From Clostridiales bacterium (GTDB lineage: Bacteria > Bacillota > Clostridia > Oscillospirales > Oscillospiraceae), in contig JAAYOP010000137.1 of assembly GCA_012520295.1 (NCBI GenBank), positions 631 to 64,630 of the forward strand: DNA of 64,000 nucleotides, read 5' to 3'. A program made the position numbers and the translations under genes. Positions 19,271 to 28,997 of the stretch are shown one piece after another; position 1 is the first letter of the stretch, and every line of letters starts with the position of its first letter. The notes under the pieces are model-generated. The model did not search any database. It worked only from the letters and a program-made list of their open reading frames with translations, and was not told the origin of the DNA.

Positions 19271-19708
19271 TTACTTGCCTATTTCAAGCGTCTTTAAGGC
19301 CATATCCTTGAATGTGTTGAGAGCTGTAATATTAGCCTCATATGCGCGGTATGCCGACATCATGTCGACCATTTCCTGAACTACTTCCACATTAGGCAAT
19401 TCCACATAGCCCTCCTCATTGGCATCCGGGTGCGATGGATCGTAATCCAATTTAAACGGAGAATCATCCTCTCCTATCGCTGTAACCCGAACTCCTCCGC
19501 CTACTCTCCGGGCTTTGTTCATGTAGGAGGCAAATGAACGGTTGTCAGGCTCTATTTGCTGGAATACCACATACCTTCTTCTGTAAGGCTGCCCATTGGC
19601 GGTTCTGGTGGTGTTCACATTCGCCATGTTTTGGGCAATCACATCCATGCGAAGCCTCAGGGCCGTCAGAGCCGAGCCATTAATACTCATAGAATCTAAA
19701 AATGACAT
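19271..19708 (-). CDS. flgC: flagellar basal-body rod protein FlgC
   Basis: The ORF has the motifs SINGSALTALRLRMDVIAQNMANVNTTRT and VELPNVEVVQEMVDMMSAYRAYEANI. The start was taken at MSFLDS (19708). An upstream in-frame ATG at 19738 lacks an RBS. Confidence 0.85.
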   Translation of the reverse strand: MSFLDSMSINGSALTALRLRMDVIAQNMANVNTTRTANGQPYRRRYVVFQQIEPDNRSFASYMNKARRVGGGVRVTAIGEDDSPFKLDYDPSHPDANEEGYVELPNVEVVQEMVDMMSAYRAYEANITALNTFKDMALKTLEIGK

Positions 19709-19749
19709 ATCCACCATCCTTTTCTTCGCATACATCATATCAGCGCAAA

Positions 19750-20172
19750 CTATCTGCTTCCTTCGCTTATAGCCATCCTTATTCTCGACAATTCGCTGTT
19801 GAGCTTATATAGCAGAGCGTTGTGCTGGATGCTGTTTTGTGCAAGCTTAACATTTTCTGATTCCACATCAACATTATTGCCATCCATTCGCATGGACGTT
19901 TTTTTGTTTTCAACTATTTTGGGTTCCAGGGTATTTAAGCTGCCTCTTCCTACTTGAATATGCTTATCCCTTGTCCTTTTTCCTGTGAAACCACTGCCTT
20001 CCAGCGCGCTTTTGAACAGCGTTTCAAACTTTACATCGGATGATTTGAACCCTGGTGTCTCAGAATTGGCCAAATTATTGCGAATAACCGTATTTCTAAG
20101 CCAGGCTGCCTCCATACCTTTTTGCAAAAGATCCGTCGATGCAAAAAGCCTTTCCCACATAACGCGCATCAC
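19750..20172 (-). CDS. flgB: flagellar basal-body rod protein FlgB
   Basis: A 140-aa ORF has the motif VIRNNLANSETPGFKS. It is the first gene of the operon and has a sigma-A type promoter upstream. Confidence 0.85.
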   Translation of the reverse strand: MMRVMWERLFASTDLLQKGMEAAWLRNTVIRNNLANSETPGFKSSDVKFETLFKSALEGSGFTGKRTRDKHIQVGRGSLNTLEPKIVENKKTSMRMDGNNVDVESENVKLAQNSIQHNALLYKLNSELSRIRMAISEGSR

Positions 20173-20302
20173 CTCCCGGCAATTTTTCAGGTTCCATCCT
20201 GTTTTTTCTTAATTAATAAAATACTTCAAATTTCGGGTCTTGAAAACCTATATTTCGGCAATATTCATCAATTTCACTCTTATTAGCCGTATATTCAACA
20301 AA

Positions 20303-20331
20303 ATTATACCATGGTAGGGTAATAAAGTCTA
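20303..20331 (-). promoter_or_regulatory. candidate sigma-A promoter of the flgB operon
   Basis: The minus strand reads TAGACT-17 nt-TATAAT with an extended TGg upstream of the -10. The promoter lies about 125 nt upstream of the flgB start. Confidence 0.5.
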
Positions 20332-20421
20332 CACTTTTTATATGTAAGTAAAATATTGTAAACTTAATGTTAAATGTTCAAATATGAACACTGTGTTAAA
20401 TTTGTACTTGTTTTTATTTTA

Positions 20422-20455
20422 CAAAAAAGGAGCAGAACGAACTCTGCTCCTTTTT
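20422..20455 (-). terminator. intrinsic terminator after etfA
   Basis: The hairpin is GGAGCAGA-loop-TCTGCTCC. It has a T-run on the minus strand and an A-run on the other side. It lies 45 nt after the etfA stop. Confidence 0.75.
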
Positions 20456-20497
20456 CCATAATTCAACAAACTAAAATGCTTTAATTCAGCGATATTA

Positions 20498-21676
20498 TTA
20501 ATCAAGTGCTTCCATGATAGCGGGAATAACCTTGAACAGATCTCCCACGATGCCATAGTCAGCTACCTCAAATATGGGTGCACTCTCATTTTTGTTTATT
20601 GCTACAATATATCCTGAGTTTTGCATTCCGGCAAGATGCTGGATAGCACCGGAAATACCACAAGCTATATACAGCTTCGGCTTTACCGTTGTTCCTGTCT
20701 GGCCGACCTGATAGCTGTGGTCTATCCATCCCGCATCTACGCAGGCACGGCTGGAAGCAATTGTTCCACCCAGCTTGTCCGCCAGCTTTTTAAGCACCTC
20801 AAAGCCTTCTGGTCCGCCGACTCCGCGTCCGCCAGCCACAATTATATCGGCATCGGTAAGAGATACAATCTCGCCCACACTCTTAACAACCTCAAGTACG
20901 TTCTGGCGTATTTCATCTTCCTTGAACTTTACTTTCAGGTTTATAAGCTCACCGCGGCGTCCGGGCTGGCGCTCAGCCTTTTCCATTACCCCGGGCCTTA
21001 CCGTAGACATCTGGGGACGATGGCCGGGACATACAATCGTGGCCATCAAGTTCCCACCAAAGGCCGGACGGGTCTGCATAAGCTTTTTATCCTCCGGATC
21101 TATATCCAGCTTTGTACAGTCGGCCGTGAGGCCGGTGCCGCACTTTACCGCTATACTGGGTCCAAGGTCACGTCCTATATGGGTTGCTCCCATGAGCACA
21201 ATTTCCGGCTTGTATTTGAGAATTGCCTGATATATGACCTTTGTATATCCGTCCGAGGTATAGGTCGCCAGTTCAGGTGAATTGGCATAATAAACTTTGT
21301 CAGCCCCATATTCGAACAGCTCGTCCACAAGGTTGTCCACCTTGTCACCACAGAGAATTGCACTCAACTCACATCCGATTTGTTCGGCCAGCTTTTTTCC
21401 TTCACCAAGAAGCTCTATGGAAACATTCATCAACTCTCCGCGTCTCTGCTCTGCAAAAACCCAAACTCCGCGATAGAGACTTATATCCACATTGCTCATG
21501 GATGTTGCGGTCTTTTCAATAGCATCAAACGGACACACATCCACACAAACTCCGCAATTTGTACAGTTTGGGCCAATCACGGCAATTTTGTTTTCCAGTG
21601 TTATTGCTTCAAAGGGACATTCTTTGACACATAAATTACAACCCTTACACTTTTCCGCCTTGACAGTTACAGCCAT
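20498..21676 (-). CDS. etfA: electron transfer flavoprotein alpha subunit with N-terminal 2x[4Fe-4S] ferredoxin domain
   Basis: A 392-aa ORF has two CxxCxxCxxxCP motifs at the N-terminus ([24 protein letters not shown]). A canonical EtfA/FixB FAD domain follows. Confidence 0.9.
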   Translation of the reverse strand: MAVTVKAEKCKGCNLCVKECPFEAITLENKIAVIGPNCTNCGVCVDVCPFDAIEKTATSMSNVDISLYRGVWVFAEQRRGELMNVSIELLGEGKKLAEQIGCELSAILCGDKVDNLVDELFEYGADKVYYANSPELATYTSDGYTKVIYQAILKYKPEIVLMGATHIGRDLGPSIAVKCGTGLTADCTKLDIDPEDKKLMQTRPAFGGNLMATIVCPGHRPQMSTVRPGVMEKAERQPGRRGELINLKVKFKEDEIRQNVLEVVKSVGEIVSLTDADIIVAGGRGVGGPEGFEVLKKLADKLGGTIASSRACVDAGWIDHSYQVGQTGTTVKPKLYIACGISGAIQHLAGMQNSGYIVAINKNESAPIFEVADYGIVGDLFKVIPAIMEALD

Positions 21677-21698
21677 TTCTCTTCACATCCTTCCCCTA

Positions 21699-22490
21699 TC
21701 AAATTACATGCTTTTCTCTGAGCTTATTGACAAGAGCCGTCGCCATTTCCGTGACGGTACCACTGAGCATCTCGCCCTTGCCCTTTGGTTCTGGAGTGAA
21801 GCTTCGCATCACCTGGGTCGGGGACGCTTGTAGTCCGCATTCGCTGGGGTCCAGGCAAACGTCGTTTTCATTCCAAACCGTTATATAGTTTCCTTCGTAA
21901 GCATCAAGAATTCTGCCAATGTTCATGTATCTGGGCTCATTGAGTTCTTTTACGGCAGTCAATAAGCAGGGAAGAGGAACTTCAATTACTTCATAACCGT
22001 CCTCCAGCTGACGCTCAACAACTATCGATTTATCCTTCAGCTCACGAATTTTCCTCACATATGTAACAAAAGGAATTTCAAGTCTCTGAGCGACCTGCGG
22101 ACCCACCTGAGCCGTGTCGCCGTCTATAGCCTGACGTCCCGCAAAAATCAGATCATAGTCGCCTATCTTCTTTATTCCCTCGGCAATGGTCGTCGAGGTT
22201 GCACAGGTATCGGCTCCTCCGAAGGCACGGCTGGAAAGCAGATATGCGTGATCGGCACCCATGGCGATACACTCCTTGAGCATATATTCTGCCTGGGGAG
22301 GACCCATTGATATTACGTTTACTGTTGTTCCCGGCTTTTCATCCTTGATTGCAAGGGCTGCTTCCAAAGCGTTTGCGTCATCGGGATTCAATATGGAAGG
22401 TACACCTTCGCGAATCAGGGTCCCCTTTACCGGATCTATCTTGACTTCAGTGGTATCCGGAACCTGTTTTGCACATACAATTATTTTCAT
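21699..22490 (-). CDS. etfB: electron transfer flavoprotein beta subunit
   Basis: A 263-aa ORF has a typical EtfB N-terminus (MKIIVCAKQVPDTTEVKIDP). It lies upstream of etfA. Confidence 0.9.
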   Translation of the reverse strand: MKIIVCAKQVPDTTEVKIDPVKGTLIREGVPSILNPDDANALEAALAIKDEKPGTTVNVISMGPPQAEYMLKECIAMGADHAYLLSSRAFGGADTCATSTTIAEGIKKIGDYDLIFAGRQAIDGDTAQVGPQVAQRLEIPFVTYVRKIRELKDKSIVVERQLEDGYEVIEVPLPCLLTAVKELNEPRYMNIGRILDAYEGNYITVWNENDVCLDPSECGLQASPTQVMRSFTPEPKGKGEMLSGTVTEMATALVNKLREKHVI

Positions 22491-22516
22491 ATTCTTCTCT
22501 TTCTCTCCTCTCCTGC

Positions 22517-23656
22517 TTACTTCAGCAAATTGTTAGCTATGATCATCTGCTGAATCTGAGAAGTTCCTTCAAAGATGGAATTTATACGGGCATCACGATA
22601 AAGGCGCTCAATTCTGTAATCCTTTATATAGCCGTAGCCGCCGTGGATCTGAAGAGCTTTATATGCAACCCTGTTGCACATTTCGGAGGCATAGTACTTA
22701 GCCATAGAGCAGTACATACTTGCCTTTCTGTCTCCTTTGTCCTTCATAACGGCTCCATTGTAAAGGAGCTCTCTTGCCGCCTGCAGCTCGGTGGCCATAT
22801 CGGCTATCATAAAGCTGATGGCTTGGAAATCCGCTAATCTTCTGCCGAACTGCTTGCGTTCCTTAGCATACTTTATCGCCTCATCAAGGCAGGCTTGTCC
22901 AACTCCCACAGACTGAGCGGCAACACCAAGGCGCCCATAGTCAAGGGTCTTCATGGCATTGGTAAAGCCTTTGTTTTCCTCTCCGAGCAGGTTGTCCTTA
23001 TGTACCCGAACATCCTCAAAAATAATGTCGCTGGTAGGACACCCTATGATTCCCATCTTATCCTCATTCTTTCCGAAGGATATTCCAGGCAGATCCATAT
23101 CTACGATAAATGTTGATATCCCGCGGGATCCCTTTGTCACATCGGTCTTTGCGAATACTATCGCAAAATCCGAGATAGGTGCGGCCGTAATAAAGGTCTT
23201 GCGTCCGTTGAGCACATAGTAGTCCCCGTCACGAACCGCGGTAGTAGCTACGGCGCCTGCGTCGGACCCTGCGCCGGGCTCCGTGAGAGCAAAGCACGGG
23301 TATTTTTCACCTCTTGCAACAGGAGCCAGATATTTTTCCAGCTGTTCCTGGGTACCGGCCAACAGAAGAGGGCCGCTTCCAAGGGAGTTTGCTCCACTGA
23401 CATAAATCGATGTGACCATGCTGACTCTGGCAATCTCTTCGATGACTATTACATATGCCAGTGTATCTGCTCCCTGACCATCCAACTCCTTGGGAACCTT
23501 GATGCCGAACAGGCCGTTTTTCCTAATCTTCTCAAGGAGTTCCTCAGGGAATTCACCTGTCTGATCAATTTGATCCTGCATCTCAGAGGGAATCTCTTTT
23601 TCAGCAAACTCTCTGGCAAGTTTTCTGATTAATTCATACTTTTCCGAGAAAATCAT
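22517..23656 (-). CDS. acyl-CoA dehydrogenase family enoyl-CoA reductase
   Basis: The ORF shows the acyl-CoA dehydrogenase fold, ending in the C-terminal YEGTSQIQ-type motif (FEGTSQIQQMII). The start was set at MIFSEKYELIRKLAREFAEKEI. It is adjacent to etfBA. Confidence 0.85.
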   Translation of the reverse strand: MIFSEKYELIRKLAREFAEKEIPSEMQDQIDQTGEFPEELLEKIRKNGLFGIKVPKELDGQGADTLAYVIVIEEIARVSMVTSIYVSGANSLGSGPLLLAGTQEQLEKYLAPVARGEKYPCFALTEPGAGSDAGAVATTAVRDGDYYVLNGRKTFITAAPISDFAIVFAKTDVTKGSRGISTFIVDMDLPGISFGKNEDKMGIIGCPTSDIIFEDVRVHKDNLLGEENKGFTNAMKTLDYGRLGVAAQSVGVGQACLDEAIKYAKERKQFGRRLADFQAISFMIADMATELQAARELLYNGAVMKDKGDRKASMYCSMAKYYASEMCNRVAYKALQIHGGYGYIKDYRIERLYRDARINSIFEGTSQIQQMIIANNLLK

Positions 23657-23714
23657 AATTGTGTTTTTGTCTCCTTTCCGATTTTCTGCCGTCATAGGGC
23701 CGGCAGAACGAGCC

Positions 23715-24947
23715 CTATGGTTTTTTGTTGATTACTATCTTGCCGGCTTCAAGAAGCTCATCAATTTCACTGCGGGAATAACCCAACTCCATCAGAACAT
23801 CATCTGTATGTTCTCCGAGATAAGGGGCTTTATTCAGCTCTGGTAAACCAGCTTCCTCAAAGTGAACAGGATTTCTCACGAGAATACGCTTTCCGGTAAC
23901 AAACTCATCTTCGGCAAAGCAGTCGTCTGCCCATGCCTGCTCATCCTCCAGCACTTCCTTCCATACCTGCGCTATGGCATGAGGAATATCGGCTTTTGTC
24001 AGGCGTTCGCAAATATCCTTTGCGTCCAGCTCTTTAAATCGCTCACATATGGCATCATACAGCAGCGGGCGGTTATCCCCGTCCAAAAGATGCTCCATTG
24101 TGTCAAATCTGGGATCGGAAAGCCAGCATTCCATATCCAAAGCTTTTGCGAAATCTGGGAATTGGAGATCGTATACGGGCATACACATCTGGATAAAACG
24201 CCCGTCCCTTGTCTCATAACAGCAGTTTAACGGATTTGGGCTTTCTCTTTTAGAAATCGGATAGGACAGCATATCATACTGCGCGGTCTGTATCATCGTG
24301 CCCTGCATAAAGATGGCTGTTCCCAGCAGACTGACAGATATTTTTTCTCCCTTTCCGGTTCTTTGCGCCTGATATAGAGCCGCACAAATACCTGCGGCAA
24401 GACACATACCAACCTGGTGGTCTCCTATGCTGGGTACAAGGTTCATGGGTTCTGTTCCCTTTTCATAGAGACTGCCCAGCATACCGGAGCGGGCCCAGAA
24501 GGCGGTGTAGTCATATCCGGGAAGATCCTTGTCAGGTCCCTTTTCTCCATATCCTGTTATGGAGCCATAAATCAGTTTCGGGAACTTTTTCTTCAGGGTC
24601 TCATAATCAAGCCCCATCCTCTCAAGAGCCTTCGGTCGCCAATTGGTTATAAAAACATCCGCTTCGGAAACTAGCTTCATGAACGCTTCAAAGCATTTTG
24701 GGTCTTTAAGGTTCATTGCGATAGCTCTTTTATTGCCGTTCTCAAGTTCAAAAGTGACATTCTCAGCCATTCCCAGCTCAGGTCTTCCCTCGGCCATAGG
24801 TGCATGTCGCGTCCCGTCACCGCTCAGGCTTTCTACTTTTATAACGTCCGCGCCCTGGTCGGCAAGAAATCTCGCACATGCAGGGGCTGCTATGAAAGTT
24901 GCCAGCTCTACAACTTTGACTCCGTCTAAAGCTCTGCCTTTGTTCAT
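23715..24947 (-). CDS. family III CoA-transferase (CaiB/BaiF/FldA-like)
   Basis: A 410-aa ORF has the family-III N-terminus (LDGVKVVELATFIAAPACARFLADQGADVIKVE). Confidence 0.85.
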   Translation of the reverse strand: MNKGRALDGVKVVELATFIAAPACARFLADQGADVIKVESLSGDGTRHAPMAEGRPELGMAENVTFELENGNKRAIAMNLKDPKCFEAFMKLVSEADVFITNWRPKALERMGLDYETLKKKFPKLIYGSITGYGEKGPDKDLPGYDYTAFWARSGMLGSLYEKGTEPMNLVPSIGDHQVGMCLAAGICAALYQAQRTGKGEKISVSLLGTAIFMQGTMIQTAQYDMLSYPISKRESPNPLNCCYETRDGRFIQMCMPVYDLQFPDFAKALDMECWLSDPRFDTMEHLLDGDNRPLLYDAICERFKELDAKDICERLTKADIPHAIAQVWKEVLEDEQAWADDCFAEDEFVTGKRILVRNPVHFEEAGLPELNKAPYLGEHTDDVLMELGYSRSEIDELLEAGKIVINKKP

Positions 24948-25175
24948 TCTTTTGCTCCTTTCATTAATTCAAAAAACATTCAACGAATCTAAAACGCATT
25001 ATGGGCATGGTTTATACGTTCCTGGTCCGGTTTTTTCGACAGACAATTGAATACACACAATACAGAGATATTATCACAGCCTGCCCATATGTTCAATGTA
25101 TATTTCTAACGGTATTTCGATATGTTTCCCAATATAATTCCGGCACTATACCGAACCTGTTCAGTTTTATGTCCT

Positions 25176-25210
25176 GCAAAACCATGTGCTTGGTCGTCAC
25201 ATGGTTTTGC
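25176..25210 (-). terminator. 13-bp perfect hairpin just after the thiolase stop (no clear U-tract)
   Basis: GCAAAACCATGTG-9 nt-CACATGGTTTTGC lies 13 nt beyond the stop at 25223. It could be a terminator or an RNA-stability element. Confidence 0.35.
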
Positions 25211-25222
25211 TATACAAATCTT

Positions 25223-26404
25223 TTATACCTTCTCCCAGATTGTAGCCACACCCATGCCCCCGCCTATGCACAGTGTCGCAAGACCGAATTTTACATTGTC
25301 GCGCTTTTCCATTTCGTGAACAAGGGTTACGATAATGCGGGCTCCGGAAGCTCCCACAGGATGTCCCAGGGCAATCGCTCCGCCGTTTACATTGACCTTT
25401 TCCATGTCAAATCCCAAATCACGGGCAACGGCTATGCTCTGGGCGGCAAAAGCCTCATTGGCCTCTATAAGGTCCATGTCCTCTATTTTCATATTGCATT
25501 TATTAAGGGCATCGCGGGTGGCGGCAACGGGACCTACACCCATTATCTTCGGATCCACGCCTCCTTGGCCCCACGATACCAGCTTTGCAATCGGTTTTAA
25601 TCCATATTTTTTAACAGCGTCTTCGGAAGCAAGAATTATTGCCGCAGCACCGTCATTAATTCCGGAAGCGTTGCCCGCCGTGACTCTTCCGCCATCGGGC
25701 TTGAAGGCTGGTCTGAGACCTTTTAGAGCCTCTGCACTGGTGTTACGCGGGTGCTCATCAACCTCAAAGTTGACTATCTGTTTTTTAACCTTTACGGGAA
25801 CGGGAATAATCTCATCTTTAAAACGTCCTGAGGCAATAGCGGCAGCTGCTTTTTCCTGGGATTTCAGGGCAAACGCGTCCTGTTCTTCCCTTGTAATCTC
25901 CCATTTGTCACAGATATTTTCGGCCGTTATTCCCATGTGGTAATTGTTAAACACATCCCACAGGCCGTCGTTTACCATGGTATCAACCATTGTCGTATTA
26001 CCCATACGGGCACCGAAACGGGCAGTGTTTACCGCATAGGGAGCAGCCGACATGTTTTCCGTTCCGCCGGCAAGAACAACCTCCGCGTCCCCCGCCCTTA
26101 TAGCCCGGGCAGCTTCGATAACGCTCTTCATGCCGGAGCCGCAAACCATGCCAACCGTATAAGCGGGAACTTCAACCGGAATTCCTGCTTTTACAGCTAC
26201 CTGCCGGGCAACGTTTTGCCCAAGTCCCGCCGTCAGTATACATCCGAACATGACCTCGTCAATGTTTTCGGGCTTCAGCCCAGCCCGTTCAATCGCAGCT
26301 TTTGCTACAATAGCTCCCAGCTCCGGCGCCGGCGTATCCTTCAGGGAACCTCCAAAAGTGCCAATGGCAGTCCTGCACGAGCTTACTAAATAAATGTCCT
26401 TCAT
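25223..26404 (-). CDS. acetyl-CoA C-acetyltransferase (thiolase II)
   Basis: A 393-aa ORF has the active-site Cys context (VCGSGMKS) and C-terminal thiolase signatures ([29 protein letters not shown]). Confidence 0.9.
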   Translation of the reverse strand: MKDIYLVSSCRTAIGTFGGSLKDTPAPELGAIVAKAAIERAGLKPENIDEVMFGCILTAGLGQNVARQVAVKAGIPVEVPAYTVGMVCGSGMKSVIEAARAIRAGDAEVVLAGGTENMSAAPYAVNTARFGARMGNTTMVDTMVNDGLWDVFNNYHMGITAENICDKWEITREEQDAFALKSQEKAAAAIASGRFKDEIIPVPVKVKKQIVNFEVDEHPRNTSAEALKGLRPAFKPDGGRVTAGNASGINDGAAAIILASEDAVKKYGLKPIAKLVSWGQGGVDPKIMGVGPVAATRDALNKCNMKIEDMDLIEANEAFAAQSIAVARDLGFDMEKVNVNGGAIALGHPVGASGARIIVTLVHEMEKRDNVKFGLATLCIGGGMGVATIWEKV

Positions 26405-26767
26405 AGCTAACCTCCGAAATTATTATTATCTTAAAAAACTCCGTAACGCTTGTCTGATGACAGACATCACAGTAACAGACACCAGGCCCGGGGAAGGTGC
26501 ACCCGGCATTATGTAAACTTTAAAACGCGTTCAGTTTTCAATAACAAAAGTATATACCCATCTTTAATAAAAATCAACACATTGGGCAATTCTTTTGATT
26601 TTTTTATAAGTACAAATCTTTCCGGTGTATGGTGTATAATATTATCAAATCCGGACAACAGGAGTAGCTTGAATGAAGCTCGTTATCGTGATATACTCTG
26701 AAAACCGGATGTGTTCAAGCCCATAAGGCTTTTCACAAAAAACAACTCGTTCGGAGGCGGATATATA

Positions 26768-27346
26768 ATGAACACAGCCGTTATTCTGGCAGGCGGAAAG
26801 AGCCGCCGTATGGGAAGGGACAAACTCAAGCTTCCCTTTCGCGGTAAAACACTGCTTGAGGCTGCCGTAGAGCGATTTTCCAGGAACTTTGATAATGTTT
26901 ATGTCAGTGTAGCAGACACCAACAAATATCCTTATGTAAATGCCCGAAAAATCGAGGATATTTACAAGGGCTGCGGTCCTTTGGCTGGCCTTCATGCGAC
27001 CCTGAAGCAAACCGATGACGAGGGTGTTTTTCTCGTGGCTGCAGATTTGCCCTTTTCAGACCCTATGGCTGCCAAAAAAATCATCCAGTTGGCAGGCGAA
27101 CATGACGCCGCCATGCTACTCGATGAACAGGGGCGCTATGAGCCCTTATTTGCCTATTACAAAAAAAGCATTCTTCCGGCAATCGAGACGCTTTTAGAAA
27201 ACGGAGAATATAGAATGATAAGAGCGCTGGAAACCTTCTCTTTAAGAAAGCTTACAAAGGAGGATCTGGGCAGCTTCTGGAATGACAATCTGCTGCTCAA
27301 TATAAACCTGGTTGATGACTATAAAAAGCTGATGGAAAAACAATAG
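26768..27346 (+). CDS. mobA: molybdenum cofactor guanylyltransferase MobA
   Basis: The ORF has the N-terminal motif MNTAVILAGGKSRRMGRDK. The start at 26768 is preceded by GGAGGCGG. Confidence 0.8.
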   Translation: MNTAVILAGGKSRRMGRDKLKLPFRGKTLLEAAVERFSRNFDNVYVSVADTNKYPYVNARKIEDIYKGCGPLAGLHATLKQTDDEGVFLVAADLPFSDPMAAKKIIQLAGEHDAAMLLDEQGRYEPLFAYYKKSILPAIETLLENGEYRMIRALETFSLRKLTKEDLGSFWNDNLLLNINLVDDYKKLMEKQ

Positions 27347-27507
27347 CCAACAGGTTATATCCTTTATTCCTCCGGAGAGGCTAATGCCGAAAACGTAATG
27401 GTATTACAAAACTCCTTGAACTTTGGTTTTCATAGTGATAGTATAATTGTATTATTAAGCCTCCGGCAGGAAGCTGCTTTAAATTTTAAAGAAAAGGAAA
27501 TGATGAT

Positions 27508-27870
27508 ATGAGCTACAAAATCACAAGAAAAAATGAAGCCTATAAATATGAGGCAAAGGGTCATTTTGACGTCCGCACAACCAGACTTCACGATCCACAG
27601 GATGTCAACAACGGCGTCATCACTATGGGACTGAGTCATTTTCTCCCGGGCGGCGGCTGTGAATACGGCTCAAACCTTCATGAAACCATTTACTACATAA
27701 TAGAGGGCCAGATGTATCTTGAGTGTGAACTGGACACTCCCGACGAGGTTAAGACCACACTCTATGCCGGGGATTCCTTCCACTGCGGCCCCGGAACGAA
27801 AAAATCCGTTGTGAACACCGGCACCACCTCATGCCAGATGCTGGTTGTACTGGTAAAATCCCAGCAATAA
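27508..27870 (+). CDS. small cupin-domain protein
   Basis: A 120-aa ORF has cupin-like beta-barrel motifs (GGGCEYGSNLHETIYYIIEGQMYLE ... GDSFHCGPGTKKSVVNTG). Its function is unknown. Confidence 0.6.
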   Translation: MSYKITRKNEAYKYEAKGHFDVRTTRLHDPQDVNNGVITMGLSHFLPGGGCEYGSNLHETIYYIIEGQMYLECELDTPDEVKTTLYAGDSFHCGPGTKKSVVNTGTTSCQMLVVLVKSQQ

Positions 27871-27928
27871 ACAACTGACATGTTCATATTTCTAATTTGT
27901 AAATATGATTTATGAATATTCTTTATAA

Positions 27929-27953
27929 CAGGCAGACCAGGCAGGTCTGCCTG
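27929..27953. terminator. 10-bp perfect hairpin between the convergent cupin and LysR genes
   Basis: The hairpin is CAGGCAGACC-AGGCA-GGTCTGCCTG. The flanking U-tracts are weak. Confidence 0.5.
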
Positions 27954-27969
27954 AAGCATATTTCCTGTC

Positions 27970-28860
27970 TTAAAACAGCTCTTTTACAACCTCCAGAAAG
28001 AGCCGAGCAGCCGGATTTGTTATTTTTCTGTGCCAGGCAATTACATATGTACGCAGGGTATCATCTCCGGGGATGCGTGTGAAGGAAACGTTTTCGGAAT
28101 AGAATACTCGGGAAAGAGCCTCCGGAATTATGGAAATACCAAGCCCTGCGCCCACAGACAAGAGCACTGCCTCCGCCCGGTCATACTGACAAGTTACATT
28201 TGGTTTATATCCGCGGGCCTCGCATACTTTCGCTATTTCATTATAGAGCGCCGGGCCGTCCGTTTCGGAGACGGCTATGAACCGCTCACCCCCCAGTTTT
28301 GAAAAGTCCAGCGGCTTGCCTGCCATGGGATGATTCTTAGGAAAAGCTACACAAAGGTGGTCGGTATTTGATATAATATAGTCAAAGGTCTCTCCGGCAG
28401 GAACCATTTCCAGCACTGCGAAATGGACGTCATATTTCGCTTCATTCATCGCAATTACCTGGCTTCGTCCGGAGGTGAAGTTTATATCCACAGTAATATC
28501 CGGATATTTTGATGAAAAGGCCGACAGACATTTTGACAAAACCGCACTGGAAGTAGTAAGCGCCGCAATCGATACATGGCCCTTCCACCCTTCCTCCATC
28601 TGTCTGATTTGAAAAGCGGCTTTCTCGGCTATTTCTATCATTTCCACTGCATAGGGAAGGAAGTTATTGCCTGCGTCCGTAAGGGTTACGCTTCGTCTGT
28701 TGCGTATAAAGAGCTTACTTCCAAGATATTTTTCAAGCTCGCCTATGCGATGGCTTATAGCAGGCTGTGTTAACCCGTTTCTTCTTGCCGCCTCAGAAAA
28801 GTTGAGAGTTTGCGCCACCGAAACAAAATACTTCAATTGATTTATATCCATAATATTCAC
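27970..28860 (-). CDS. LysR-family transcriptional regulator
   Basis: A 296-aa ORF has the N-terminal LysR HTH (MDINQLKYFVSVAQTLNFSEAARRNGLTQPAISHRIGELE). It is divergent from the first Mo-enzyme operon. Confidence 0.9.
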   Translation of the reverse strand: MNIMDINQLKYFVSVAQTLNFSEAARRNGLTQPAISHRIGELEKYLGSKLFIRNRRSVTLTDAGNNFLPYAVEMIEIAEKAAFQIRQMEEGWKGHVSIAALTTSSAVLSKCLSAFSSKYPDITVDINFTSGRSQVIAMNEAKYDVHFAVLEMVPAGETFDYIISNTDHLCVAFPKNHPMAGKPLDFSKLGGERFIAVSETDGPALYNEIAKVCEARGYKPNVTCQYDRAEAVLLSVGAGLGISIIPEALSRVFYSENVSFTRIPGDDTLRTYVIAWHRKITNPAARLFLEVVKELF

Positions 28861-28962
28861 ATCACCTCCGTGGTAGCTTTTGTCAAACAGACATATTGTT
28901 ATATCATTAGCTATATATGGATAGTATACATACAGGTCTTCTGATACTATTATGCAAAATAA

Positions 28963-28983
28963 TTTCTATTACGTCAATAGAAA
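28963..28983. promoter_or_regulatory. candidate LysR operator (interrupted dyad containing T-N11-A)
   Basis: TTTCTATT-ACGTC-AATAGAAA has perfect 8-bp arms. It is centred about 25 bp upstream of the -35 of the divergent operon promoter. Confidence 0.5.
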
Positions 28984-28997
28984 ATTTTATTAAGGCG

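Noticed and set aside
26673-26726. A 17-codon mini-ORF (MKLVIVIYSENRMCSSP) with an AGGAG RBS in the mobA leader.
   Set aside because: It is too short to support as a gene from sequence alone. It is kept only as part of the leader-structure flag.
26450-27010. An 83-aa plus-strand ORF (26450-26701) and a 121-aa minus-strand ORF (26645-27010) in and around the thiolase-mobA gap.
   Set aside because: Neither has an RBS or a recognisable family. The minus-strand ORF overlaps the well-supported mobA gene antisense. The plus-strand ORF sits in promoter/leader DNA.
27416-27447. The cupin promoter region CCTTGAACTTTGG...TATAAT (TTGAAC-20 nt-TATAAT) resembles the first 13 bp of the duplicated MerR-type module.
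   Set aside because: Only the left edge (CCTTGA-CTTTGG) matches. The spacer has no dyad and the right half-site is missing. I cannot distinguish a degenerate third copy from chance similarity in a -35 region.
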